Source: Carcharhinus amblyrhynchos
Lineage: Eukaryota
Reading direction: 5' to 3'
Assembly: GCA_965287045.1 (NCBI GenBank)
Contig: OZ336872.1
Coordinates: 15,066,001-15,130,000, forward strand
DNA length: 64,000 nucleotides
Every line of letters starts with the position of its first letter. Position 1 is the first letter of the stretch. The notes under the pieces were generated by a model that did not search any database, was not told the DNA's origin, and worked only from the letters and a program-made list of their open reading frames with translations. Positions 1 to 12,492 of this stretch are shown here, piece after piece. Both the position numbers and the translations under genes were made by a program.

Positions 1-245
1 CTGTTGAGCTCTGTAAGAATTTTGTATGTTTGAATGAGATCGCTTCCCATTCTTCTAAGCTCCAGAGAATAAAGGCCCCGTTTATCTAATCTTTCCTCAC
101 AGAACAATCCTCCAACCCAGGAATTAGCCTGGTGAACCTTTGTTGCTCTCCCGAGATGGCAAGGAGACCAAAACTGCACACGCTACTCTAGGTGCGATCT
201 CACCAAGGTGCTTTCTAATTGCAGTAAGACACTTTTATTCTAATA
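1..245 (-). mobile_element. CR1-type LINE fragment (end of ORF2)
   Basis: Sequence style matches the CR1 remnants elsewhere in the window (ttcttctaagctccagagaata...cacgctactctaggtgcgatctcacc). Confidence 0.6.
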
Positions 246-325
246 CTGGTCTCCAGCGGAAGATGCGGGGAAAATAGACTTAGAAAAGTAATTTAGTGAA
301 CCTTAAAAAACAAATACTTAAAAAT

Positions 326-397
326 TCTTTTTTTATGGGATATGGATGTTGCAGGCTAGGTCAGCATTTATTGCCCATCTCTAATTGCACTTGAGAA
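326..397 (-). mobile_element. Isolated SINE/LINE 3' tail
   Basis: Reverse complement of the gggcaataaatgctg...acatcc tail seen at about 22085-22158. Confidence 0.6.
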
Positions 398-562
398 ATA
401 AGCACATTTTCCACTGGAATGGTCTCATAAAGAAAATGATCATGTGTAAATTTTACAAGCTACAGGCCAACATTCATTTAGACCTTTAGCAAATTTAAAA
501 TGCAATCACTAAATCATCCTTCTGATAGTAGTAAATTGGCTTCAGTTAACCAGTTTACTTAC

Positions 563-906
563 CACCTCGTGCTCATGCTGTCTCGATTTCTGTTGCTGGC
601 CGCTGTAGACAGAGATGCATTCTTGCTGCTGGCAGAATCCGTGGGACTGACATCTTCAACCTGAGGCATTGATGGGTGCACTGGTGATGAAAAACCACTC
701 GAGGGTGATGATGATCTCTGTGATGATCGAGACATGGCAGTGGAATCACCATTGGTTGCAGTTTGTGCAGAAGAGCCATCGCTACCTCGCCTGGTTGGAG
801 TGCCCATAGAATTGGGTGTTTTGGAAGGATCTGAGCTTAGGCTGTCTGATTTGCAGCTACTTTCTCTTGCCTCCTGCTGTCGTTTTCGATATTCCAGCAA
901 GGATAC
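563..906 (-). CDS. SETD5: SETD5 coding exon, 344 nt (VSLLEYRKRQQEARE...RDSMSTRW)
   Basis: gttttcaag acceptor, GTG|gtaagt donor; VSLLEYRKR motif. Confidence 0.94.
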
Positions 907-1119
907 CTTGAAAACAAACGCAAGATGAGACCCAAGAATCCCCTTTTTTAAACTTCCAGAACATTTCCACAGTGTAAGGAAAGGTGCAAGGTTTATATGG
1001 TTATCCAAGTACATCATCTCAACCACTGGAATAACATCGTAAATGTCTAGGTGTAGGAAATATTATGGGCTACATTAGGCATCAGAATCAAGAGTCTGAA
1101 TCCCATGCATTTTCACCTT

Positions 1120-1530
1120 GGTTTAGCACCCATTTTTGAATCAGAAGGCTCTACATAGGGTGGGAAGAAGTTCAAGTCCCATTCCAGGAACAATCAAAAC
1201 TGACAGTCCAGTACAGTGCTAAGATGCTTTGTACTTTGTCAAAGATGCCATTGATTGATTGAAACTTTAAATCAAGATCCCAGCTGTCCACATTGGTGCT
1301 TCAGGTGAATGTTGAAGGTTTACTGGCACTACCCCAACAATCCTCCTGCAACCCATTACCATCAGTAACAGATTGGCTGGTTATACATCATATTGCTGCT
1401 TTCAAGATCTCACCCCATTTTCTGGCATTACTAATTCCTGCACTTCAAAATAATGCCCTAAACATGAAATATTTTGAGATAATACCAAGCACACCATAAG
1501 ATACTATTATAAGGACAAATCAGTTTTCCT
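1120..1530 (+). mobile_element. Degenerate DeuSINE (SacSINE1/AmnSINE1-like)
   Basis: Deu-domain-like blocks (caggtgaatgttgaagg, aacagattggctggttatacatcatattgctg, cacttcaaaa) shared with the copies at 19200 and 62890. Confidence 0.55.
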
Positions 1531-2062
1531 TAAATTAAAATTTATTTTGCATACCATAAATGCCACAGCATGCATTTAAAAAATCATTTGGCACATTCTG
1601 AGTGAACCTAGTAAGGTACAAGTTCAAGTTTCTACTTTACAACACAGTAACTTACTGATGATTTCTGTGATTATGATCTGGGAGTGCTAAAAACATTCCC
1701 TACAGAAAAGGGAAACAACCAAGGGCATTTGTCCCATTGCTCCCATGTAGTTCTTCAAACACTGTCAATAAACTTGTTCTTCCTGTACATTTTAAAAATG
1801 CATTTCTCATGAATTTCCAATCATCCCCTCAGCACGATTTCCCTCACTCTGAAATATATTATAAATGTGCCCCATCTGTTTCATTTAATATTTACTGCAT
1901 TTTAAAGAGATCCTGTGACTCTCCTTACAACCCTCCCCTAGCACCTTCTTGCCAGACTGCAAAGCTCAAACTCTTCTTAAACTTTCCTTACAGCAAATCC
2001 CCTTTAAATTGAGGACATGCATTATTGATCTTCTCTGTATTTTTTTCCAGACATTTGGCACA

Positions 2063-2383
2063 GGGGCGGGGGGACGGCACAGTGGTTAGCACTGCTGCCT
2101 CACTGTGCCAGGGACCCGCTTTCAACTCTGGCCTTGGGTCACTCTCTGTGTGGAGTTTGCACGTTCTCCCCATGTCTGCATGGGTTTCCTCTGGGTGCTC
2201 CGGTTTCCTCCCACAGTCTAAAAATGTGCGGGTTAGGTTGATTGGCCATTGTAAATTGACCCTGGTGTCGGGGGATTAGCAGGGTAAATATGTGGAATTA
2301 CAGGAATAAGGTTTGGGTGGGATTGTGGTCGATGCAGACTCAATGGGCCGAATGACCGCTTCTGCACTGTCGGGATTTTATGA
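2063..2383 (+). mobile_element. HE1-type tRNA-derived V-SINE with CR1-like tail
   Basis: Head ggcacagtggttagcactgctgcctca, central gtgtggagtttgcacgttctccc...cctcccacagtc, tail gggccgaatg...tctgcactgt. Confidence 0.85.
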
Positions 2384-3135
2384 ACTTCTACTCTATGTGT
2401 ATCTCTTGTCTGATGGTATCGTTTAGCTGGAGATGGTGCATACTTGAGGCCCAGGAGGTTAGTCTGTCAAATGCAAGCATATAATAAAAAAATATTTTCT
2501 TGATTTTAAAAGTAGAATTTTAGTTATTTCCAATAGGTAATTCAAAGCACTGTCTGGATCATTTGGGTAGGAAGGACTTCCAAACATCATACAGCCCTAC
2601 AATTTCTTCTCGAAACAGCCAAAATCAGCACAAATAACATATTCATTCTCAGATGGCCGTGGAAGAGTTCGGTTTCAGGAGAATTCCACATTCTTTTTTG
2701 TTGCTTTACTAGGTACATTCAGAAATGTATTATAGCCACTGGAATGGCAAGCAGTTCCTGACAGATGAATAGGTTACTGTAATAACTTCATCATGTTTTC
2801 AAGAGACTTAGCATTTACCAGCAATAGCACATTCATGCACTAAGTACTCCAATCTGTAAAATACTAAATTAATTCCTCCTTCCTGAGAAAGTGCACAACA
2901 ATGTGTCACTGAATTAGTATTCATTACTTTTCATACTTGTAAAGATACTCATACTCTTCCTTTTTAGTGTGATGTACTGTGCTATTATCATGATGTACTG
3001 TTTATTCTTAGATCACATAGTATGCCTGATCCTTCTTCCTCTACTTAAAGTAAAAGCTATAAATCAATTGCTTGACAATAAAGGGCTAAGATACTGGGCT
3101 AAAACTTGTCAGATCAGGTCATCTTGTGACATATA

Positions 3136-3740
3136 AAAGCAAACTGCACTTATATAGCGCCTTCAATGTGGTGAAAGATCCAGACGTGCTTCACAGGACC
3201 GTTATCAAACAAAATGACACCGGGGACATGTACGGAGATATTATGGTGGGTTAGCCAAAGCTTGGTCAAAGAGATAGCATGTTAAAGCAGTAAAGAAAGC
3301 TGGAGAGATACAGGAAATCCCAAAATTTAGAACTTTGGTAGTTAAGGCATGACCACCAATGGCGCAGTAATTAAACTGGAATTAATTGGAAAGCTCAGAG
3401 ATCTTGGAAGGTTAGAAGTAGATAGAGAAAGGGAAGCCCAACACCATGGAGGAATTTGTAAACAACGATGAGAATTTTTTAAATCAAAGTATAGTTGGCC
3501 TGGGAATAAGCACAGGGTTTCAGCAACAGATGAGCTGAAGTTGGGATCGAGACAAGAGATGTTATAGAAGTAGAAGGATGTGGTCTTGGCAGTGAAGAAG
3601 ATATGGGGTTGGAAACTCACCTCACGGTCAAATGGGACGGAATATTTGTGAATGGACTGGTTTAGTCTCAGTGGCCAGGGAAAGAGATAGATTTGGCTTT
3701 TGCACATCATTTAAGATGTGCATTGGTAATACAAGGTTAC
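3136..3740 (-). mobile_element. L2-type LINE 3' fragment
   Basis: ttatatagcgcctt 3' end in reverse orientation; ORF 3342..3710 contains decayed L2-like peptide (YFYNISCLDP..SSSVAETL). Confidence 0.6.
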
Positions 3741-3825
3741 TTTTCCAGCAAGATTTGGCCCAATATTATTTCTGTGGAAATACTCACTTTCCCTCCTTCC
3801 TCCCTGTGACAGGGTACATCTGAAA

Positions 3826-3990
3826 TATAAAAGCAAAATACTGTGGGCGCTGAAGCTCTGAAATAAAAACAGAAAATGCTGGAAATACTCAGTTTAGATG
3901 AAAGATCACAGATCTGAAACATTGACTGTTTCTTTCTCCACAGGTGCTGCCAGGCCCGTTTAGCATTTCCAACATTTTCTGTTTTTATAG
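3826..3990. mobile_element. Penelope-type terminal fold-back with decayed hammerhead core
   Basis: ataaaaacagaaaatgctggaaat is inverted as atttccaacattttctgtttttat; internal tagatga-a-agatc-aca-gatct-gaaac. Confidence 0.6.
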
Positions 3991-4049
3991 CATCCACTCG
4001 CGTAGTGGATGTTGGCTGTCTCTGGCAAAGTGAGCTGGACGAGCTGTTG

Positions 4050-4230
4050 ACTGAAGCAGAAATCAAGTCAGACGGAAGGTTTACATAAACACTTGGCTGA
4101 AAAAGTGATCGCACAGACTGGTTACGATCACTTGAGGTGGTCAGAGGAACATTCCATATTATCGATTTCCTTATTGACCTGGTTTCACCCACCCCTACCA
4201 CTTATTCTTGCCTCTCTCAAGCGATAATGC
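4050..4230 (+). mobile_element. Probable CR1-type 3' end/UTR fragment
   Basis: Resembles remembered shark CR1 3' UTR (gatcacttgaggtggtcagaggaacattcc...ttgcctctc). Confidence 0.35.
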
Positions 4231-4599
4231 AGCTCTGAGGCCACACTGTCCACTCAAGGTACTTCAGTCATCATTAAGGTTTGGGCAGGTTTGATGGATC
4301 TGTTGATCTAAAGAGGGCAGATGGGAAGCAGAAAGAGCAAATAAGTGTGAGGATGGGGTGAGGTAATTGATGAAATAGGAGATATGACCTTGATCTGATA
4401 AAATTACTTAACCTCACACTTAAATGTAAAAGGAATGTTTATTTGAATATTGACAATGAGTGACCATTCACACCAGACTTGTTGGTATATGCTTCTGTAT
4501 ACAAGAGAACCATTCAGTAAATTGTTCATACGCAAGTCATTACTGAAAGTCAATCATTACTACATGGTCATTGATACTTAGCATTTAACATGTAATAAG

Positions 4600-4900
4600 G
4601 ACAGCACAGTGGTTAGCACTGCTGCCTGATAGTGCCAGGGACCTGGGTTTGATTCCCGACTTTGGGTCACTGTATGTGTGGAGTTTGCTCGTTCTCTCAT
4701 GGGTTTCCTCTGGGTGCTCCAGTTTCCTCCCACAATCCAAGATGTGTTAGTTAGATGGATTGGCCATGCTAAATTGCCTTTTACTGTCAGGGGGACTAGC
4801 CAGGGTAAATGCATGGGAATATGGGGATACAGCCTGGGAATATGGTCAGTGCAGACTCAATGGGCTGAATGGCCTCCTTCTGCACATAGGATTCTTTGAT
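4600..4900 (+). mobile_element. HE1-type V-SINE
   Basis: Same head, V-domain and tail as 2063-2383. Confidence 0.85.
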
Positions 4901-5235
4901 TAAATGGAAAAGGTTTCACATTTTGTTGCTTCCTTCAGAATTAAATTTCAAAGCTAGAAGAAGGAGGTTTAATTTAGCAGACTAATACACATTGAGGTGC
5001 TCTCTCTCTTGCCCAGTAAGCCCAAATATGTTCATTGCTGGTGAAGCACGCAACACTACCATGCTTAATAATATTGTTACTCACTCTGATGTATGATGGA
5101 AAAAGGCTTGTGGTTCAGAATGTTTTAACTTTAATGAACGAGTTACATCATTGAGGTCTCTTAAAGCATTTTTAAAAATCAGCCCTAAAGAACCACTTTT
5201 CGCTTCTTTTGTAAAATTTTTAAAAATGTTATTTT

Positions 5236-5565
5236 GGGGCGGCATGGTGGCACAGTACTTAGCACTGCTGCCTCACTATGCCAGGGACCCGAATTCAATT
5301 CCTGGCTTGGATCACTGTGTGGAGTTCGCACGTTATTCCCGAGTCTGCGTATGTTTCCTCTGGGTGCTCCGGTTTCCTCTCTCAGTCTAAAGATATGCGG
5401 GTTAGGTGGATTGGCCATAAATTGCCTCTTAGTGTCGGGGGACTAGCTAGGATAAAGGCATAGGGTACTGGGGTTATAAGGATACAGCCTGGTTGGGATT
5501 GTAGTCAGAGCAGACTCGATGGACTGAACAGTCTCCTCCTGCACTGCAGGATTCTATGATTCTAA
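5236..5565 (+). mobile_element. HE1-type V-SINE
   Basis: gggcggcatggtggcacagt head; ends in the attctatgattcta tail repeat. Confidence 0.85.
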
Positions 5566-6036
5566 TGTTCCTCTCTTGTTCTTCCATAAGTGGAAATTAA
5601 ATCTTCCTCTCTACTGCAACACTAAAACCAGGACTTGTGCTTGCAGGGCTATGGCTTTTCACACCTGATAGTGAATAGGACAAAGATCATGGGCTCATGA
5701 GCGCAAAAGGTCTAGTCCAACATTTTCAAATCTAATTTACTTCCTCTTTCTCAGTACCTCAAAACATTGGAACTCTTTCCGTCATTCAGTCTCCTTTCTC
5801 TTACAATCTTCAGGCTTCTAAAAAAAAACAAATTTTGCTATGCTAGGTAACTACTCTTCAATTTATCTAGTTTTTCCCTTTTTTAACCTGTGTAAACATC
5901 AGACTTGGTCCAGTCTTGAAATGACTATTGTAACTAGTTTAAATATATTCACCACACAAAAAAAGATTATCCGATGTGAGCTACATCCATAGCATTTTAG
6001 CACAATAATCAAGATATAATTAATTTGGTTACTTGC

Positions 6037-6594
6037 CTTCTTCTTCTGTGGTGGGTTTTGCTGAGGTGTTGTATTTCCTTCAAAATACAAAGGCTGCCGG
6101 TCTGCTTGAGGGGACATGGCTCCTTGCAGTGTCTCCGATAAGAGTCCTTGGCTTTGCCTGTTAAAGCAAGAGTCCCCAGATGGACTCATGTACACAGGTT
6201 CTCCAAATCCTCGCTCTGAATGTGAAGATTTCCTCTCGCTGATGTAATTGGCTCTGTTCTCTAGCCCTCTGTATGGTCCCTCTAGTCTGTGTGTTGGAGT
6301 GAGGTCTCGGAGATTGGAGTTCAAAGGCGAACAGGCGTATATTAAATTAAACTCTGTCCTGAAGGTTTGTTCTGTGTTTTTCAGGGATGAGAGACCATCA
6401 CCGTTCCTCCCTGTAAGCCCCGTTTCAGTTTCACTGGGGAATGTTAATGCAGAACAAGGAGGTTGAGCAGCACAGTCTGACAACGGCCCATCAGTGACCG
6501 CTGTAACCCGGAGTGTGGTAGTGTCCGAGTCAGGATGAAGGGAGAGATCTGAGAAGCCAGTCCTAGACTGGTCATTATCCGCTCTCAGAGGCGG
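6037..6594 (-). CDS. SETD5: SETD5 coding exon, 558 nt (PPLRADNDQ...FRTEFNLIYACSPLN...QQNPPQKKK), ending at a GC donor
   Basis: CACTAAC branch site and tttcag acceptor; AAG|gcaagt donor keeps phase 0 with the next exon; same frame as ORF 5899..6483. Confidence 0.9.
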
Positions 6595-7764
6595 CTGAAA
6601 TGACAGAAGCAGGAACTATTTGTTAGTGACAATTAAAACGAGAGCCTGATGAGGGGATTGAAAAGAAACTTTAGTTTCGCGCGAGACAGTTGACTGAACT
6701 CTGCTTCTGTTTAAATACCAGCACAGTCGTTTTAATATGTTCCTGATCAATAGATTATAACGAAACACATTAAATCCATATTAAATCTTTAGCCTGGGTA
6801 TATAATCCATTTATAATCTCGAACATATCTTGATTTGGAACATTTCTCTCGCTAACTTCCGGATAAATTTATAGTGCACCAATGACTGCCCACCTCTACC
6901 CGGCACCAAAGTTCTGAGTATTTTAAGATTTTATTTTAAATGTAGGCAGATGTGGTTTTAGGCAGCATTCTATCCCATAACTCTACCAAATTCTTCCACA
7001 ACATCTGGATTAAATATCTACCAGACAAAGCTCTTTAAGAGCTTGCTGTCTGAAAATGTACTTATCTATATTCCACGTTGATGTCTACTTTATTTAACAT
7101 TTACACAAATATGTGCACACATTAAACTAAACAAAACTTTCTCTCCTCCTTTGCAAAATACTTGTACAAAAATTGAATCTTCAGTTGAATGGGCGAATAG
7201 ACTGATGTCAAAGCAACAAGTGAAAGATTGGGTATCGTGTTTTGGGCTTACACTCCGTAGATCACCAAAGTCAGTCTCTGAAACTAATCAGAGCTGGAGG
7301 GAAGTTTTTTTTAACTGAAAAACAATAAAACAAAACCCCAGCACCACTGTCAGTCATACCTTCAGCATTCAACAGGAAAGTCATGGGGTTCTATAACTTA
7401 GGGTAATAATATTTTTTTGGATGTACAATACTTGACTGTGTTAGATTCACTACTGTGGATCAATGCTTGACTGGTCAGAATGCTGCCCACCTCCCACGCA
7501 TTGAATTATTGTGTACCAAACACAACGCTTTTAGAAGGAAAATTAACATAGGTTGGTCGATGCCATAAAACTTCAACATAGCAGGAGAAAAATTGATAAT
7601 CTGGTGATCTAGGAGGCTATTGTATATTAGTGCTCAAATAATAACTATCTTCATCATGGGGCATCAGAAAAAGTAAGATTTTTCACTGAAAGGCTAATTA
7701 TCAAGAAAGTAGCATTTATACAATGGACCATTACTCCCATACTTTCTTACAAAATGTAAAGCTT

Positions 7765-7830
7765 AAAGCTTATTAGTCAGAAGTAGGCTTACATTAACAC
7801 TACAATGAAGTTACTGTGAAAATCCCCTTA
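7765..7830 (-). mobile_element. Isolated tail of the second V-SINE subfamily
   Basis: agtaggcttacattaacactacaatgaagttactgtgaaaatcccct is the reverse of the tail at about 61900-61960. Confidence 0.65.
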
Positions 7831-10800
7831 AGGGTAAGAATCTTAAAGGTGACCCTAAGAGGTAAGAACCACCTCTTCTAATTATTGAATGATTGTGAAC
7901 AGATCCAAACTGCCCTTAAATGCAAAAATAAAGAAAATTATAAAAATACTTTAAATGTATAAAGATTTGCACTGATTTCTTTGAATCACAATCGCTAGCC
8001 AAATTTCACTGAAAAAAATCAAGGCTTTTAGCTCAAGAAACTTCAAAATTTTCCTAAACTGGTTAAGCAAGAACCCAAGAACCCAAAACCCTTTAAAATT
8101 AAAACATATTGAAATTGAAAACCCCTTGATACGCATGTTGTGAGCAAGCATGCGCTGCTGGATCTGCACTGTAATTAACGTGAAGCTTTCAAATTTAGAT
8201 GGCTGAGGTCATAACAGAAGCGGCACAGTCAACTGCTCCCGTCGTCAGGCTTGAATCTTTCGTTCCATCTTTTTCCAACCTACAGTCTAGAAACACTCTG
8301 AAAAGCTTTATGTATGCAATACATTTTAATGCTGTCAATGCTATATTGATAAAGAGCATCACGCAAAAATTATATAAATGCCTTGGTACGTTCCTTATTC
8401 AGAAAATACGTAATTTGATGCTTTGCTAGTCACCTCCATTATGTTAGTGTAACGGCAGTTTTAATGCATGTCATTCACAGAATCAGACACAAGGGGTTTC
8501 TATGTTTCACTGATAAATAATCCATTGAAATAATTATCTGCTTAGATGTAACATTTCAACCCATACCAGTGGCCTTGATTCACTTGATAATTTTTGTACC
8601 AGTGTTAAGGACAACAAATGATAAAACTGAAAGAATTTTTTAATTTTAATTTACTAATTTTATAGCAGCTATGTTTTGCCTATAGTTTCTGATAGGTAGA
8701 AACTCAGCAAAGTCAATGACATTTTCTTCCTAGCTTTACAATTAAGTCACTGAATGCTTGGAGTAACATTTAATTACAGAACATAAACATTCGTGTCCTC
8801 ACTCCAGTGATCAGTCCTGATCTATTTTCAACCCTGAGCCTGGCTTTGTGACTGGCAGAAGCCATAAGACAGAGCAAGAGATCACGAGCTTGAATGTACA
8901 AAGCACATCCCCACCCCACTTAGCCATGGCTTCACAATCATGTGTCTCTTTGAATTACTGAAAGAACAGGGAACACTATTTCAAAATTGTCATTTCTACA
9001 ATGTACTGAAAGTAAGGTAGCCCCTATACTTTAATGTCTCAAATTCCACAGGGAAATTAAAAGTGATGAAAACAGCTAGATCACATAGAAAAATGTTAAG
9101 CCCTGCCATAAACCAAATTCCTTTTGACTTAACTAGCAGCCACCATCAGTCCACTGGGAAGGAATACTATTTTATATTAAAAATAACTGAACACCTGTGT
9201 CTGGTGTGTGCTGAAGCACCTGGACTTCAAAGAACAAAAAATCTTTGCTGTTTCCTCCAGATTTAACTTAATTTTCCTTCAGAAGCAAAGTCAAATGAAC
9301 ATCAGACATATAAAAATAAAAGGTTCAAATAACGTAGTGTGCAGCTGCCCGGTTAGCTTCAGTTGCCAAAGCCAACTCCAGCACATGCAAGTTAATCTGA
9401 GGAACTGGCATTCCTTGGGCACAAATATGACACTTTTCCAACTGGAATGTAAGTACCCTGACTGCTTGCTCAACAAGGTTTAATTTGGTCTCCTGGTCTC
9501 AAGCCAAGTACCAGACACAGTGAAAGTATCAACATTTACGCCACTTACTTTAGAAACCTGAATCCAAAAGGGTAGGAGGAAAGGAGACTAGCTAATACTA
9601 CCTCTACAACTGGTTGTTTTGTTACCTCTTCAGCAGAATTGGGAAAGCGTAACTTACTTTAAAACGATACAGAGACTGCAACACAGTCCTCGGATCAAGA
9701 CCAACTTTTACCAAGTATTTATTCAGAAACTGGACTCAATCATGCACTGTTCCTGAACAGATTTGCAAATACAAATAAAAATATAAAATATAAACATATT
9801 TGTGACAATATAATTTTTATGGTGGAGCTGACATGTTAAGAATGCTCAGAACAAATGAGAAATATATCATGAGAACAGAATGCTTTCTGGTTGAATGTGC
9901 ACTTTCCAGGAACCTTGTTACTCATTCAGTGTCTGGGGGCTGAAGCAAGGCACTTGTCACCAGGTAATTTATCACCTTCAGACTGGAACACCAGTTTCAA
10001 GAAAGTGCTGCAAATAATGGTCAATCATTACTACTCTCCTCTATTCAGATTTTTGTCCAGTGCTGAGTAGGGACACAGCCAGCGAATGTGGCAGCAGCTT
10101 CAAAGAGCCAAGAAAAACTGGGTCTCTTCTCTCCACAGAGCAAGATGAAATTAGGCCATTTCGAAACATAAAGGTACCTTAAAAAATTAATTAGCTTCAT
10201 GTGGAATCTGTACTTTTAAACCAGTTATAGGTCCTGAAAATGGCTGCTAGTCAAATTTTTGAACCATGTTTAAATCTTATATTCAAAAAACAAAAAAATG
10301 TATTTTCCTGACTTGCAGTTATTTCCCAAGTAACAGCCTAAAGTACAAAATAGTCCAGCTACAAAAATCTCTTGTTGTTTCATTATTACTCGTTATTGTT
10401 GTCCTGCTCTTCAACAAACCCCTTGCATCTCATCTGTGAAAATGATTGGTCTGCAGTAAACACTGCATCCACTGGTGAATGGTTAACATTTTAAATGTTA
10501 GGCAGGCTTGGATTGGCTTTTACAATCAAAATGGTTACACCTCACACACTCAGAAAAAGATCAATTAATGTAGGTGACAGCTGAGAATTGAGACAGCTGA
10601 GCCCAATTCTCATTCACAAAGCAGCATGTTAATTAACTAACACCCATTTCAAGAACAGAGAATCTGTCTGTGCATCAAAGATTAAGAACCAGATTTATCA
10701 CCACACAAATGAGACCGGTAGCATCTTTGCTTCAGTATCAGATTGTGAAAATGTTGCTTAAAAACTGCAGAATATCACACTACATGGAATATTTTAACAT

Positions 10801-12154
10801 AACCATTCATTTCTTTTTGTGTGTGAAAGCTACAGGAGCGGAGGAAACAAACAAGGGGATTCAATTAGGTGAGGTTACTACTGACTCCTCAGCTCCAAAA
10901 TATTTCTGTATGGTTGAAGGCAAGTTCTGTTTGATTGATAATTTTTAGCAGCATGGTATAACCGTGTGAAAAATTAATGGTTTCAGTTAGTGTTAACAAG
11001 GTCATGTCACTGTGTTTAAATGGCTTATGGAGCTGCAGTACCCCATCTACAAACAGCATAGACAAATTGTGCTGAGCAAAGACACACTAAGCAGAGAGCT
11101 TGGTCACTGAAGATCTTTGGATCAGTTGCTTGTCTATTCAAGTCTGTTCACATCACTTTTCAAACTCACTATAATAACATGGATTTTCTGCACTTTGCGA
11201 AGCTTTATAATATTCCATTTACTATCCAGTGTAAATTTACCTCATTTTCTTGGAGGTCTGTTTGACTTGTCTAGCTTAAAGCAGTACACAAAGGGGTTGT
11301 TCTGGGTGACCTTGAATACTATGTGCCACTCAGTTTTAATTTATATTACTAGTTATAGGATGACAGCAGCAAATACCAAACAAGGCATATGTTCTGTGCT
11401 GCCAAGCAACTACAATGTACAATGGGAAAATTACACCAAAGCTGCTTCAGCCAAGGTACTGTGGAGCAAAAGCAGCTGGGATAGTGAAGGGGCCTGGCAC
11501 TAAAGAATTAATACAAGAATTATTACTGTTGGGTAAATACAGGAATGTTAATTGAGGACAATCTGTAAATTTAATGAATCTGGACTGCTCAACCAGATTC
11601 ATTACAAATGTTAGCAATTAAGGTTTTAAGATAATTAGACATCTCATATTTTAAGAGCCACTACAACTTTTCAGTGGTAATATGTCACTTCCATTCTACA
11701 AATCTGAGACCAAGCCTCCTCCAAGTTCCTCTGGAGTTTCAATCTGGGACCATGTGAAATCTTGTTCCTGTATGTCACTATGAGGAGGCACAACTCAGGG
11801 TTTTCAGATGGAAAGGCTGGGTAATGACAGGGAGAGACTTGCACATTTGGCATATCTACCACAAATGAACCAAACTGCCATCAGTGGATGAATAGCTGCA
11901 CTGCCTTGTGGATACATCAAGAGAACTGGAGGATAAGGGAGTAAATCCTGACAAAAAACCTGGAGCAGAACCCAAAGGGGGCAGATGCATAAATGTGACA
12001 TCTTTTTGAAACCAAGCTATTGCCTAACCATTTGCTCTGCATTCCTATTGTGGAAGATCAAGGAGGGGACCCTGACATTTTGGCAATCCGGGGTCTCTAT
12101 AACATTTACCCAGACTTATGCCCTGGGCAGGACACTCCAGTTTCACTGAGAGCC

Positions 12155-12351
12155 TAGAATCCTTAACACAGAAAGGTCATTCAACCTATCAAGTCTGCAC
12201 CAATTCTCCAAAAAAGCATCGCACCCAGGCCTTGCCCTCTGCCCTATCCCCGCAACCCATTCATTTATTATGGCTAATTCACCCAACCCTCACACCTTTG
12301 GATAGTGGGAGGAAACCAGAGCACCTACAGGTAACCCATGCAGGCACAATC
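12155..12351 (-). mobile_element. Truncated HE1-type V-SINE
   Basis: Reverse V-domain (gtgggaggaaaccagagcacc) and reverse tail (aagtctgcac). Confidence 0.7.
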
Positions 12352-12492
12352 AGAACTGACAGATAGCTGTTCAGCTTTGCTCGCCTGCAATCCAAGACAA
12401 AGGTGTGTCAAGTACTCATCAGGAAATTGCTCCACGTTGACAAAGCTGCACTAATATTCCACATTGAGGAACATGTTGGATATTTCATTAAT
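12352..12492 (+). mobile_element. RTE-clade LINE, reverse-transcriptase fragment
   Basis: Translates as RTDR*LFSFARLQSKTKVCQVLIRKLLHVDKAALIFHIEEH, a decayed RTE RTDGKLFNL.RL.AKTKV...IRELL(F/Y)ADDAAL motif. Confidence 0.75.

Noticed and set aside
3737-4201. 154-aa minus-strand ORF
   Set aside because: Runs across Penelope and CR1-like repeat fragments; no recognisable protein and no suitable splice sites
6646-6670. ctgatga...gaaac resembling an intact hammerhead core
   Set aside because: The would-be stem II (gggg/aaaa) cannot pair, and stems I and III are not evident
11241-11270. Possible 30-nt in-frame exon (TSQTDLQENE) with GAG|gtaaat donor
   Set aside because: Acceptor is weak with a competing AG 4 nt upstream; no recognised homology; within chance expectation
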